This document shows, one piece after another, positions 53,810 through 63,631 of a stretch of DNA of 64,000 nucleotides. Location: positions 13,001 through 77,000 of the forward strand of contig CAZEBF010000001.1 of the NCBI GenBank assembly GCA_964510235.1, written 5' to 3'. Below the pieces are notes generated by a model that saw nothing but the letters and a program-made list of their open reading frames with translations, did no database searches and was not told where the DNA came from. How positions within the stretch are numbered: position 1 is the first letter of the stretch; each line of letters starts with the position of its first letter. This DNA comes from an uncultured Candidatus Saccharibacteria bacterium (lineage in GTDB: Bacteria > Patescibacteriota > Saccharimonadia > Saccharimonadales > CAYUUR01). Both the position numbers and the translations under genes were made by a program.

Positions 53810-54328
53810 TTAGTCTCGCTCTTCGTCTTTTTCGTCGCGATCATCACGGTCGCCACGCTCTGCAGCCTTTTTGGCTTTTTCTGCTTTGGCTTCTTCTGCC
53901 TTAGCAATTGCTTTGAGGTCGGGCTTTGTGATGAGATAGCGAATCACCTCGTCAGTGATATTAAGCGTGCTTTCGACTTTCTTCACGCCATCTGACGGCA
54001 TTTCTACAGTGTAAAACACGTAGATTGCATGTTCGTTACGTGCAATTGGGTATGCGAGCTTGCGCTTGCCCCAGTTGTCCGTAGCAGTTACTTTACCGCC
54101 GTTGTCTTTGATGATTTTGCTCACTCGCTCTTCGGCCTTGGTAAGGTCGACTTCGAGGTCAGGGTGATACAAAACAGCAATTTCGTACTGTTGGTTCAAA
54201 TTGAACTCCTTCGTTTGGTTAAAGGCTACGCGCTCTAAAGATGGCCGTAACCTGAAGTTTACCCAGCACCACTTCTTGGTTGGTGCTGCGGCTGAGTTTT
54301 CAGCTATCAACAATTCTACTACATCCAC
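53810..54328 (-). CDS. rpsF: 30S ribosomal protein S6 with an acidic/lysine-rich C-terminal extension.
   Basis: It has the S6 core (YEIAVLYHPD...) and the rpsF-ssb-rpsR gene order. The start is uncertain; the ORF is probably over-extended at its 5' end. Confidence 0.75.
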   Translation of the reverse strand: MDVVELLIAENSAAAPTKKWCWVNFRLRPSLERVAFNQTKEFNLNQQYEIAVLYHPDLEVDLTKAEERVSKIIKDNGGKVTATDNWGKRKLAYPIARNEHAIYVFYTVEMPSDGVKKVESTLNITDEVIRYLITKPDLKAIAKAEEAKAEKAKKAAERGDRDDRDEKDEERD

Positions 54329-54422
54329 CCCTGTTAGTCAACTAACATACCTCACCCTTTGATTTGCCCGCTCATCATGTTTATGCTTCAATAGTAACAA
54401 ATGGACGGAAATAAAAACTGAC

Positions 54423-55130
54423 ATGAGCGACAGGCGCGAACTCATACACCCCGAGTCGCTGCCTCCCCGTGATGTTTGGCTGATTGATCCAACTCAAGAT
54501 AAACTGCCTACTCCCCTTGATCAATACGGTCTTATTGACGTGCCGCGGTTGATTACAGACGTAAAGTCAACGATTGATGCAGACTATGAATGGCCGACCC
54601 AAACACGCATACATCACCTCTACTGGGAGGAGAATAATTACCCATTTATTCCAGGGGTACCTCCTGGATACAACCCACGTACATTCCGCGAGCTGCCTAT
54701 TAATAAGGCTGAGATACCTCTAAAATTCGAGCGGTGGCTGCACGCTATAACTCTAGAACCCAAAGTGCCAGATCCAGAGATTATGCGCTTACGTGTACTG
54801 GCATTCCACCATGCACGGCTGATTTTCAAAAAAGCGCACGGCACCGTCCATGAAGATCGCTTGCTGCAGAAACGACGCCGACAAGTTGCAGCCAATCCGG
54901 GCATTTCAAAGAACATTGTGGACGGAATAGATATTGCGAGCGAAGCCTACTTTGCCGAAACAGTTGACCGCGCTTTTGACGCATTATTAGGACATCTCGA
55001 TGAATATCACTCAATACCAGAGGAGCATCGCCTGATTAAGGAAACCGATGCACCTCAAGATATTGCTACCAAGCTCGGTAAGCTAGTGGTTCCGCCAGCA
55101 CAAAAATACACACTTCTTGTAGCTGCCTAG
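54423..55130 (+). CDS. Hypothetical protein.
   Basis: 235-aa ORF on the less-used plus strand, with no recognisable motifs. Confidence 0.35.
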   Translation: MSDRRELIHPESLPPRDVWLIDPTQDKLPTPLDQYGLIDVPRLITDVKSTIDADYEWPTQTRIHHLYWEENNYPFIPGVPPGYNPRTFRELPINKAEIPLKFERWLHAITLEPKVPDPEIMRLRVLAFHHARLIFKKAHGTVHEDRLLQKRRRQVAANPGISKNIVDGIDIASEAYFAETVDRAFDALLGHLDEYHSIPEEHRLIKETDAPQDIATKLGKLVVPPAQKYTLLVAA

Positions 55131-57337
55131 ACAGTTTTGGAATCGTCGGGGAAGTTTTCGTCGTACATTTCGTCATCGGCCTGCACTTCGCCTGCACCGG
55201 CGCTAAAGACTTCGTCGACAGAATTTATAAGCACCTCTCGCGGTCGAGCTCCGTCTGCAGGGCCAATAATGCCCTGCTCTTCCATAGTCTCAATAATACG
55301 CGCGGCGCGGGCGTAGCCGATACGCAGACGTCGTTGCAGCAAGCTGGTACTCGCCTTGCGACCATCAACCACGACCTGGATTGCATCACGCCACATGTCG
55401 TCGTCAGCTTCGTTGGCGCCGTAATCTGCAACTACTCCACCTTTGCCATTCAACTGCACTGGTTGACTGACAACCTCATCGTCGTATTGCGGCGGTCGCT
55501 GACCACGAATAAAATCGTTGATTTTGTATGTTTCTTCAATCTCAATCAGTGCCGCCTGGACGCGCTTAGGCTTAGGCATGTCGGCGGTCAAAAGCAACAT
55601 ATCACCTTTGCCAAGCAACTTCTCGGCACCCATCTGATCAATAATCGTGCGCGAGTCCACCTGGCTGGCCGTTGTGAAGGCAATACGCGCCGGCACGTTA
55701 GCTTTTATAAGACCAGTAATGACATCGACAGATGGACGCTGCGTGGCGAGAATCAAGTGGATACCAACTGCGCGAGCCTTCTGAGCAATCCGTACAATTA
55801 AGGCTTCTACATCGCGCGCCGCTACCATCATTAGATCCGCCAACTCATCAATAACAATCACAATATACGGCATACCTTCATTCTGTTTAAGGTCGTTATA
55901 CTCTTCAATGTTACGTTTCTTGGCCTCGCCAAGTGTTCGATAGCGACGTTCCATCTCGGCCACAGCCCACTTGAGCGCACTAATACACTTTTCTGGCTCA
56001 GTTATCACGGGCGTGAGTAGATGTGGAATATCTTCGTATGGCGCCATCTCAACCGTCTTAGGGTCAACCAGGATGAGCTTAAGGTCACTTGGGCTGTTGC
56101 GGTATAGCAAACTAGTCAGGATGGTGTTGATCATAACTGATTTACCAGAACCAGTTTGACCGGCTACCAGAAGGTGTGGCATCTTGGCGAGATCAGCCAC
56201 AATTGGTGCACCAGCAATGTCTTTACCGATGGCAAAGCCTAGTGGACTAGTGATCTCGGCCCATTGTGATGACTGCAGCAAACTACTCAATCGAACCGTG
56301 GCTGATTTGATGTTAGGCAGCTCAATACCAACGGCGCGCTTACCTGGAATTGGTGCTTCGATGCGAATAGAGTGTGCTGCCAGATCAAGCGCCAGGTTGT
56401 TTTCGAGTGCAGTAATCTTGGTGAGCTTAATACCCGCTGGCGGTTTGAGCGTGTACTGAGTCACACGCGGGCCTACGTTAGCACCTTCCATATCAACATT
56501 AATATTAAAGTGTGCGAATGATTCTTGAATAGCTTTGGCATTAGCTTCGACATCACCGGGGTTGGCTTTGTCTTGCTTGGCGCTCAACAGCTCAAGTGGT
56601 GGGAACTTCCAGTCAGGGTCGCTGGTGGTTGTCAGGGCTTGGTGAGTCTCGGTTGGCGCAAGTTTTTGAGCAGAGTTTTTGAAGTTGCCGAGTTTGGTGG
56701 CGGCATGATCGCTTGGATGCTCAACAGGTACGTTTTCATTCAGTTTAAAGTGGTTCTCGGCGGCTTGTGACTTAAGCTGCGCCAAATCGTTACCCTCTTC
56801 TGGGCGTGAACGGAAGATATCACCAAGACGCAGTAACACTTTAGGTGAGATGCCAAAAGCGAAGAAGAATGACAGCATTGCAAAGACAAAGAATAATATG
56901 AGAGCCGGAATTTTGTTCAGCGCCGCCAAAGCAGTGCCACCAGTTACAGCACCGAGCACTCCACCGCGGCCTGCCTGGTATAAATCAGTTGTGCCGCTAG
57001 GTATAAAAGCCACGTGTAGCCAGGCAGCAGATAGAATCAAGAACGCGAACATGCCAGCAAGTTTATCAAGGGGGATACGTCGATCTTCGCTGGTAAACTT
57101 GAGCACACCCCAATACACCAACGCGACAGGTGTAAAGTACGCTGCCCAGCCAAACACCACATACATCCAATTGAACATACCAACTGGTAAGTCACCACCA
57201 GCGCCAAAGCCACCGAGTAATAGGAAGAATGCCACCACCATCATGATGATAGCGCCAGCCAACGGCCAAAAGACTGAATCCTTTGGTGCTGCTTGGACTT
57301 TCTTCTTTGCGCGTGTTTGTTTTTTCTTCTTAGCCAT
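55127..57337 (-). CDS. ftsK: DNA translocase FtsK/SpoIIIE.
   Basis: It has N-terminal TM helices, the Walker A motif GQTGSGKS and a C-terminal gamma winged helix. Confidence 0.9.
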   Translation of the reverse strand: MAKKKKQTRAKKKVQAAPKDSVFWPLAGAIIMMVVAFFLLLGGFGAGGDLPVGMFNWMYVVFGWAAYFTPVALVYWGVLKFTSEDRRIPLDKLAGMFAFLILSAAWLHVAFIPSGTTDLYQAGRGGVLGAVTGGTALAALNKIPALILFFVFAMLSFFFAFGISPKVLLRLGDIFRSRPEEGNDLAQLKSQAAENHFKLNENVPVEHPSDHAATKLGNFKNSAQKLAPTETHQALTTTSDPDWKFPPLELLSAKQDKANPGDVEANAKAIQESFAHFNINVDMEGANVGPRVTQYTLKPPAGIKLTKITALENNLALDLAAHSIRIEAPIPGKRAVGIELPNIKSATVRLSSLLQSSQWAEITSPLGFAIGKDIAGAPIVADLAKMPHLLVAGQTGSGKSVMINTILTSLLYRNSPSDLKLILVDPKTVEMAPYEDIPHLLTPVITEPEKCISALKWAVAEMERRYRTLGEAKKRNIEEYNDLKQNEGMPYIVIVIDELADLMMVAARDVEALIVRIAQKARAVGIHLILATQRPSVDVITGLIKANVPARIAFTTASQVDSRTIIDQMGAEKLLGKGDMLLLTADMPKPKRVQAALIEIEETYKINDFIRGQRPPQYDDEVVSQPVQLNGKGGVVADYGANEADDDMWRDAIQVVVDGRKASTSLLQRRLRIGYARAARIIETMEEQGIIGPADGARPREVLINSVDEVFSAGAGEVQADDEMYDENFPDDSKTV

Positions 57338-57363
57338 AAGCGTTAGTAATTATACCACCTATC

Positions 57364-57786
57364 TTAGGTGTTGTCCTCTGTTTGTGTCAACGTTAAAAGC
57401 GTTGGTTGAACAGGCTGTTCAAGCTCAGCCTTGACGGCGGTGATTTGTTGGCCAAGCTTTCTTAGAAAGTTATGGTCACCCGGTGCGACTCTGCCCTGCT
57501 CAATACTCTGTTTGATCTCGTCACGACGCATCTGCAGATCGGAGAGCTCTTCGGTCAGGTCACGAGCGGCACGCTCCTTTGGGTCAACAAAGTAATGCTC
57601 TGGTATTGGCTCGCCCGTTTCATACGAGACTTCGAGCTCATCAAATAAATCACCGAGAGTATACCGCAATCCCATAACTTCCCGCCCTTGATTCATGTAG
57701 TAGTCACTAAACAACTCATTGAGCCCATCGTTAAGCTGATGGAACAACTTGTCTGAGGGAAGCCCAGGTGATGCTGTCATGCTCAT
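57364..57786 (-). CDS. Hypothetical protein.
   Basis: 140-aa acidic ORF lying between ftsK and rnj. Confidence 0.35.
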   Translation of the reverse strand: MSMTASPGLPSDKLFHQLNDGLNELFSDYYMNQGREVMGLRYTLGDLFDELEVSYETGEPIPEHYFVDPKERAARDLTEELSDLQMRRDEIKQSIEQGRVAPGDHNFLRKLGQQITAVKAELEQPVQPTLLTLTQTEDNT

Positions 57787-57835
57787 ATTGTAGCACTTTT
57801 TACATCATTAGTCAATGACCAGCTGCTACTGCTGT

Positions 57836-59947
57836 CTAGCTGAGTTGGTCTTTTGAGAGCAGTGCAGCACGCATCTGTGCAAAGCGCTCTTGTGGATCTT
57901 CTGGTGTGGCGTCTGGTTGTTTCTGGGTATCACCGTTGGCAGCAGCATTGCCGTTACCATTCTTTGGCTTCTCGTTGGTCTTGCCCACCACATTCACCAC
58001 TGGGATGACGATTGGCGAACGGTTAGTCTTGTCGAATAAGAAGTGCGTAACGTGCTCACGCAGTTCTTGCTTGAATCGGTCCAGATCAACTCGCTTAAAG
58101 CGCTGTGCAACCGCACGACGTAGCTCTGCCCTAAAGTCATTCATCAATTCTTCAGAATCGCGGATATAGATGAAGCCGCGACTAATGATGTCTGGGCTCG
58201 TCAGAAGTGCACCAGTTTTACGGTCGATTGTGAGCACTACTGCTACTAAGCCTTCTTCGGCTAGCATCAGACGGTCTTTGACAACGATGTTGCTGACCAC
58301 AGCACCAGTTTGGTCAACCAGTAGGCTACCATGAGGCACTTGGCCTGCTGGTTCGTACTTGTCAGCAGTAAAGAGTAGGCTATCACCGTTGTTAGCCAGA
58401 ATAACATTCTCGCGTTTCCAGCCTTCTTCGATAGCCAGTTCAGCGTTATAGCGGCGGCGTAGCATTCCGGCGTGAATTGGCATGTAGTACTTTGGTCGAA
58501 CCATGCGTAGCATATCGCGGTACTCATCACGACGAGCGTGACCAGACACGTGCAATGGGCCACAGCCATCGAGTTCGTGGGTTGGGTGGCGGTACAAATG
58601 TACGCCCAGCTTGGCTAGGTTATTACCGATCATGTCATAGCGGACTTCGTTACCAGGAATTGGTGACGAGCTCACCAGCACAGTGTCGCCTGGCTTGAGC
58701 TTAATGTGGTTGTGCGAGCCTTCGCTCATGCGCATCAGCGCCGCGTTTGGCTCACCTTGCCCACCAGTGGCCATAACGAGGATTTTGTCGTCAGGTAGAC
58801 CTGCTACGTCACGCATAGCCATGATCATGCCCTTAGGTACTTTCAAGATACCTTGGCGCACAGCGATTTCGGCATAGGCCATCATACTGCGACCATCGAG
58901 TGCTACTTTACGACCTGAGGCGACAGCAGCATTGATGATCATTTGAGTACGGTTCATGTTCGAACTAAACACTGCACAGAAGACGCGACCTTGCGCGGCA
59001 ACAATCACGTCATGGAAGCTCTTTTCGAGCGTGTGTTCAGTTGGCGTACGGCCCTCTTTATCGGCGTTGGTGCTATCGGATAGAAGCAGCAAAACACCTT
59101 CATCACCCAGCTCTTCGAGTCGCTTGACATCACTTGGTAAGTGATCAAGCGGTTCTGGGTCGAGACGGAAGTCACCGGTGTTAATGATGCGACCAACCGG
59201 TGTTTCAATACAGACAGCAGTAGCTTCTGGGATAGCGTGTGTAATACGCAGCAGTTCAATAGTAAAGACACCGATCTTAAGACGTTCGTGAGCGTCCATG
59301 TTCATTTTTACCATTTGCGGTGTGAACATTTCTGTTCCTGGAGGTACGTCCTCAAACGTTTTCTCGACAATGCCAAGCGTAAAGCCCGAGCCAAACAGTG
59401 GTGCTGGGAACTTCGGTACGATGTGCTTCAGTCCACCAATGTGATCGAGGTGGCCATGCGTAATAACGTAGCCTTTGATCTTGTGACGAATGCTTTCTAG
59501 GTATGTTGGGTCGGCAATTTCGTAGTTAATACCAGGCAAGTCCACACCGAGGTTGTTGCCGCAGTCCACGATGATTGCATCGTTTTGGTACTCAAAGACC
59601 ATACAGTTCTTTTCACCAACGTCATCAAGACCTCCCAAGAAGGTTAATTTGAGCTTCTCGAAGTCATCAGTCACGCTGTTGGCGCGCTTATCAAGTTTGC
59701 GCATCTCGGCACTTTGATACTCGTTGATTAATTTTTGAGCGGTTTCTGCACTGCGTTTTTGCGCCCGAATTGCGGCACCACGACTGGCTGTCAAGCCATT
59801 AGCAGCTGGCTTTTGACCGTTGCTGCCCTTGCCCTGACCGCTCTTTTGATTATTACGACCGCCGCCTGGGTTGGGTCGTCGATTGTTGTTGCTACGTCCG
59901 CCACTCGGCTTATTGCCTGAGCGCGGTACTTGTTTATTATTCTCCAT
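57836..59947 (-). CDS. rnj: Ribonuclease J (metallo-beta-lactamase/beta-CASP) with a low-complexity basic N-terminal extension.
   Basis: It has the HGHLDHIGG motif and beta-CASP motifs. The first approximately 90 aa are Gly/Asn/Arg/Lys-rich. Confidence 0.85.
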   Translation of the reverse strand: MENNKQVPRSGNKPSGGRSNNNRRPNPGGGRNNQKSGQGKGSNGQKPAANGLTASRGAAIRAQKRSAETAQKLINEYQSAEMRKLDKRANSVTDDFEKLKLTFLGGLDDVGEKNCMVFEYQNDAIIVDCGNNLGVDLPGINYEIADPTYLESIRHKIKGYVITHGHLDHIGGLKHIVPKFPAPLFGSGFTLGIVEKTFEDVPPGTEMFTPQMVKMNMDAHERLKIGVFTIELLRITHAIPEATAVCIETPVGRIINTGDFRLDPEPLDHLPSDVKRLEELGDEGVLLLLSDSTNADKEGRTPTEHTLEKSFHDVIVAAQGRVFCAVFSSNMNRTQMIINAAVASGRKVALDGRSMMAYAEIAVRQGILKVPKGMIMAMRDVAGLPDDKILVMATGGQGEPNAALMRMSEGSHNHIKLKPGDTVLVSSSPIPGNEVRYDMIGNNLAKLGVHLYRHPTHELDGCGPLHVSGHARRDEYRDMLRMVRPKYYMPIHAGMLRRRYNAELAIEEGWKRENVILANNGDSLLFTADKYEPAGQVPHGSLLVDQTGAVVSNIVVKDRLMLAEEGLVAVVLTIDRKTGALLTSPDIISRGFIYIRDSEELMNDFRAELRRAVAQRFKRVDLDRFKQELREHVTHFLFDKTNRSPIVIPVVNVVGKTNEKPKNGNGNAAANGDTQKQPDATPEDPQERFAQMRAALLSKDQLS

Positions 59948-59974
59948 ATATTCCTCTCTGTTATTCGTTCAGTT

Positions 59975-60580
59975 TTATTTGGATTCTAGTTGATTAATGA
60001 TAGCGGGGAGCTTGGTGAAATCGTCTATCAAAGTCTGTCGCATGCCGCCGTTATAGAGTGCAGCTGCCGGATGATAGAGCGGTAAAATAACGATTGGCAG
60101 CTCGTCATTATTGTCTTTCATCTGAAGGCGTATACGCTTGGGTTCCCCGTGTATCTCGGATATCTGTAGATCCGGCAAGAAACAATTCGTACTGTGGCGC
60201 CCGAGCGTCACGACCACTTTGGGTTGAATTATTTCTAGCTGGGCCTGCAGGTAGGGCAAAAATGCCTTCTTCTCTTCTGGTGTTGGGTCCCGATTTTCTG
60301 GCGGCCGATACTTCACTATGTTGGTTATGTAGATATCAGACCGTTTTAAATCGATGTGCCCAAGCATCTCATCCAAAAACTTTCCAGCCGCTCCCACAAA
60401 TGGCTTGCCTGACTCGTCCTCTTTCTTGCCCGGAGCTTCGCCGATGAACACGATGTCAGCATCTGGGTTGCCATTGCCAAGAACTAGTTGGGTAGCCTGC
60501 GCTGCGAGTTCTGGACAGACCTTATCTTCCAGAATCTGACTGGCTAGCGCGTCGAGTTGCTGCTGCTTAGTGTTTGCCAT
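59975..60580 (-). CDS. Uracil-DNA glycosylase, family 4.
   Basis: It has [24 protein letters not shown]. Confidence 0.8.
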   Translation of the reverse strand: MANTKQQQLDALASQILEDKVCPELAAQATQLVLGNGNPDADIVFIGEAPGKKEDESGKPFVGAAGKFLDEMLGHIDLKRSDIYITNIVKYRPPENRDPTPEEKKAFLPYLQAQLEIIQPKVVVTLGRHSTNCFLPDLQISEIHGEPKRIRLQMKDNNDELPIVILPLYHPAAALYNGGMRQTLIDDFTKLPAIINQLESK

Positions 60581-60785
60581 TGCGGTACGTCAGTGCCTTA
60601 AAGAGGTTGTTGAATGAACCGATAGAAAATACCAGCGTAAAAAAGTAAGCTATCAAACTACCCGAGTCGATCGCCCATGACACAAAACCATATGCCAAGG
60701 CCGCCTCAATGATCGAGGAGATGCCGTAGCCAGCCCGGGTATGCTTCCAGCTATCGAGTCTATCGATAATGTTACTTTTTGCCAC
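60567..60785 (-). CDS. Small hydrophobic protein of 72 aa.
   Basis: It has two predicted TM helices and overlaps its neighbour. Confidence 0.3.
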   Translation of the reverse strand: MAKSNIIDRLDSWKHTRAGYGISSIIEAALAYGFVSWAIDSGSLIAYFFTLVFSIGSFNNLFKALTYRNGKH

Positions 60786-60978
60786 TCTTGTTTCTTTCTA
60801 CTAGTAAGCCAAAAATGAAACCGCTTGTGAGCAACAGCAAACCGCCAGTGCCACCGTAGCCATCATTCTGTACGGCATTGAGGCCCTGGCCTGCCTGCGT
60901 AACAAACGTGAAACCAAAGTAACACGCTACGAGTGCGATAAACAAAAGTGCGTATCTGGCGTTTTTATTCTTGACCAT
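60772..60978 (-). CDS. Small hydrophobic protein of 68 aa.
   Basis: It has two predicted TM helices and lies immediately downstream of pnp. Confidence 0.3.
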   Translation of the reverse strand: MVKNKNARYALLFIALVACYFGFTFVTQAGQGLNAVQNDGYGGTGGLLLLTSGFIFGLLVERNKSGKK

Positions 60979-60983
60979 TGAGG

Positions 60984-63161
60984 TTACCCCTTTTTCTCAT
61001 TAAGTTCGCGTGCGGCAGCTTTCATGCTGAGTTGCAAACGGCCACGATCATCGATAGCTACTAATTTTACTGTGACACTATCGCCTTCTGAGACGACATC
61101 ACTCGGTTTGCTGACGCGTTCTTCGCTCATCTCAGAAACGTGCACCAAGCCATCTTTGCCAGGCATAATCTGCACGAAGGCACCGAAGTCCATGACGCTT
61201 ACAACTGGTACATTCTGGTAGATCTTGCCAACTTCTGGCTCAGCTGTAATTTGCTGCACCATTTGAATGGCAGCGTCGATTGACTTCTTGTCTGGGCTAG
61301 CGATATACACAGTACCGTCGTCTTTGATGTCGATTTCGGCACCGGTTTCGGCAATAATCTTGTTGATGGTCTCGCCACCCTTACCAATAACTTCACGAAT
61401 CTTTTCTGGGTTGATCTGTATTGATTCGACGCGTGGTGCGTATGGGCTGAGCTCGCTCTTGGGTGCGGCCAAAGTTGTCAGCATGTGCTCGAGGATTTCA
61501 GCTCGGCCCTGCTTGCCCTGTTCGAGCGCTTGCTTAAGTATGTTTACCGGCAAACCATGGACCTTCATGTCCATCTGTAAGGCAGTGATGCCTTCAGTCG
61601 TACCAGTGACCTTAAAGTCCATGTCGCCTGCAAAGTCTTCAGCGTCAGCAATGTCGCTCATGATATACGGTTTATCACCGTCGATCATCAAACCCATGGC
61701 AATACCGCTGACTGGTCGTTTAAGCGGCACACCGGCGTCCATCAGTGCTAAACAGCTTGAACATGTTGCCGCCATGCTAGTTGAACCGTTCTGACTCATG
61801 ATCTCGGTGACTGAGCGAATAGTGTACGGGAAGCTGGCTTCATCTGGCAGCACTGCGCTAATGGCACGTTCCGCCAAGTAGCCGTGACCGATTTCGCGGC
61901 GGCCTGGACCCATCAGGCGTTTAACTTCGCCGACTGTCCAACCCGGTGCATTGTAATGGTGCAAGAAGCGGCGCTCACCTTCGCGCTCCATGGTATCAAT
62001 CAGCTGTACATAGCTGAGTGGAGCCAGCGTCACAATGTTCATAGCCTGTGTCAGGCCACGAGTAAAGATACTCGAACCGTGTGCTCGCGGCAAAATACTA
62101 ATTTCACTGCTTAACGGACGAACTTCGGTCAGTTTACGACCGTCAGGACGAATTTGCTTGTCGATAATGCCCTTTCGGACGTCTTTGTGCAGCGCCATGG
62201 TCAGGGCTTCGTGGTATTCGCTCTTAACATCGCTGTAGTCGTCGCCTACTTTTTCTGCAAAAGCTTCATCCATTTGGTCACGGAGAACACTAATCAGATC
62301 GTTACGTTCTGGGTACGGCTTGTGGAGGTTTTCACCGAGCTTACCGTCAACCCAGGCGTCGATTTCTTTCTGAATGTTTTCATCTGGCAAAGTCAGTTCG
62401 TATTCTTGTTTGGTGACACCGATTTTCTTGACCAGCTCTTCTTGCAGTTTGATAGCTGGCTGCATGGCTTCTTGAGCCCACTCCAGTGCTTTGACGACTT
62501 CGTCTTCGGTAGCTTCGTTAGCACCCGCCTCTACCATCATAATACCGTCTTTAGTACCAGCAACCACAAGGTCGAGCTTAGAGTTATCCATCTGTTCGTT
62601 ACTTATGAAGGCTTGGTAGTCATCACCCTTCATGCCAACACGCACACCGGCAACTGGGCCTTCAAATGGTGCACCGGTCAGCATCAATGCTGCAGAAACG
62701 GCCATCATAGCAATCATGTCTGGGCGGAACGCTGGGTCCATGCTCAGAACTGTGGCAATACCTTGGACTTCGTGTCGGTAGCCTTTTGGCCACAGTGGAC
62801 GAATTGGTCGGTCGATGATACGACCGATTAGGATGGCTTCGTCTGACGGACGGCCTTCTCGCTTGATGAATCGGCTGCCACTGATCTTGCCGGCTGCATA
62901 CATTTTTTCTTCGTAATCAATACTGAGTGGAAAGTAGTCAAAACCTTGGACTGGTTTTTTACCAACCATTGCCGTACCGAGTACCACGGTGTCACCGTAA
63001 CGAACCAATACGCTGGCGCTACTTCTAAAACCAACCCGGCCTACCTCTATAGAGAGTGGGCGGCCACAAAAATCAGTTTCTACTTTTACTATTTCTTTTC
63101 CTAGAGGGTTGAGGGTGTTTCCCATGCTATCTCGTTTCCCGTTATTCACTACAGTGTGCAT
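60984..63161 (-). CDS. pnp: Polynucleotide phosphorylase.
   Basis: It has two RNase PH domains plus KH and S1 domains over the full length. The start is possibly MGNTLNPLG. Confidence 0.9.
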   Translation of the reverse strand: MHTVVNNGKRDSMGNTLNPLGKEIVKVETDFCGRPLSIEVGRVGFRSSASVLVRYGDTVVLGTAMVGKKPVQGFDYFPLSIDYEEKMYAAGKISGSRFIKREGRPSDEAILIGRIIDRPIRPLWPKGYRHEVQGIATVLSMDPAFRPDMIAMMAVSAALMLTGAPFEGPVAGVRVGMKGDDYQAFISNEQMDNSKLDLVVAGTKDGIMMVEAGANEATEDEVVKALEWAQEAMQPAIKLQEELVKKIGVTKQEYELTLPDENIQKEIDAWVDGKLGENLHKPYPERNDLISVLRDQMDEAFAEKVGDDYSDVKSEYHEALTMALHKDVRKGIIDKQIRPDGRKLTEVRPLSSEISILPRAHGSSIFTRGLTQAMNIVTLAPLSYVQLIDTMEREGERRFLHHYNAPGWTVGEVKRLMGPGRREIGHGYLAERAISAVLPDEASFPYTIRSVTEIMSQNGSTSMAATCSSCLALMDAGVPLKRPVSGIAMGLMIDGDKPYIMSDIADAEDFAGDMDFKVTGTTEGITALQMDMKVHGLPVNILKQALEQGKQGRAEILEHMLTTLAAPKSELSPYAPRVESIQINPEKIREVIGKGGETINKIIAETGAEIDIKDDGTVYIASPDKKSIDAAIQMVQQITAEPEVGKIYQNVPVVSVMDFGAFVQIMPGKDGLVHVSEMSEERVSKPSDVVSEGDSVTVKLVAIDDRGRLQLSMKAAARELNEKKG

Positions 63162-63250
63162 GTATGGTTCTGGCCTGTGCTGCCAACCATAGCTGCGGCA
63201 CTGGAGTGAAGTACGTTTTGTTTAGTTAATGTGCACAAGTTTATCCGGCT

Positions 63251-63277
63251 GTCCGTTTGCGGGACGGCCGGACTCAT
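63251..63277 (-). promoter_or_regulatory. Stable hairpin in the rpsO-pnp intergenic region (attenuator or processing-site-like).
   Basis: ccggctgtcc g-tttg-c gggacggccgg forms a roughly 10-bp GC-rich stem. Its position matches the classical rpsO terminator / pnp leader. Confidence 0.5.
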
Positions 63278-63286
63278 CTGGGCAAA

Positions 63287-63553
63287 TTAGCGGCGGATGC
63301 CGAGTTTTTCGGTAATTTCGAGGTACTTTTTGCTGTCTTTTTTAGCCAAGTAGCGTAACAATCGTTTGCGGTTGCCAACCATCTGCAAAAGACCACGGCG
63401 AGCCATGAAGTCTTTTTTGTTAGTTTGGAGGTGTTCGGTAATTTCTTTGATTCGTTCGGTCAAAATACCAACCTGGACCTCTGGTGAACCAACATCAGTT
63501 TTGCTGGTTTGTAAATCTTTGATAATGGCGCTTTTCTTCTCGGTTGTGATCAT
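63287..63553 (-). CDS. rpsO: 30S ribosomal protein S15.
   Basis: Full-length match with the [12 protein letters not shown]...[16 protein letters not shown] motif. Confidence 0.9.
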   Translation of the reverse strand: MITTEKKSAIIKDLQTSKTDVGSPEVQVGILTERIKEITEHLQTNKKDFMARRGLLQMVGNRKRLLRYLAKKDSKKYLEITEKLGIRR

Positions 63554-63631
63554 ATATTCCTTTAGTTACGTTAGAGATTTGTGATGGCGTTAGGCACAAT
63601 ATATCACAATGGCCCCTGTTGAGCAAGTGTT

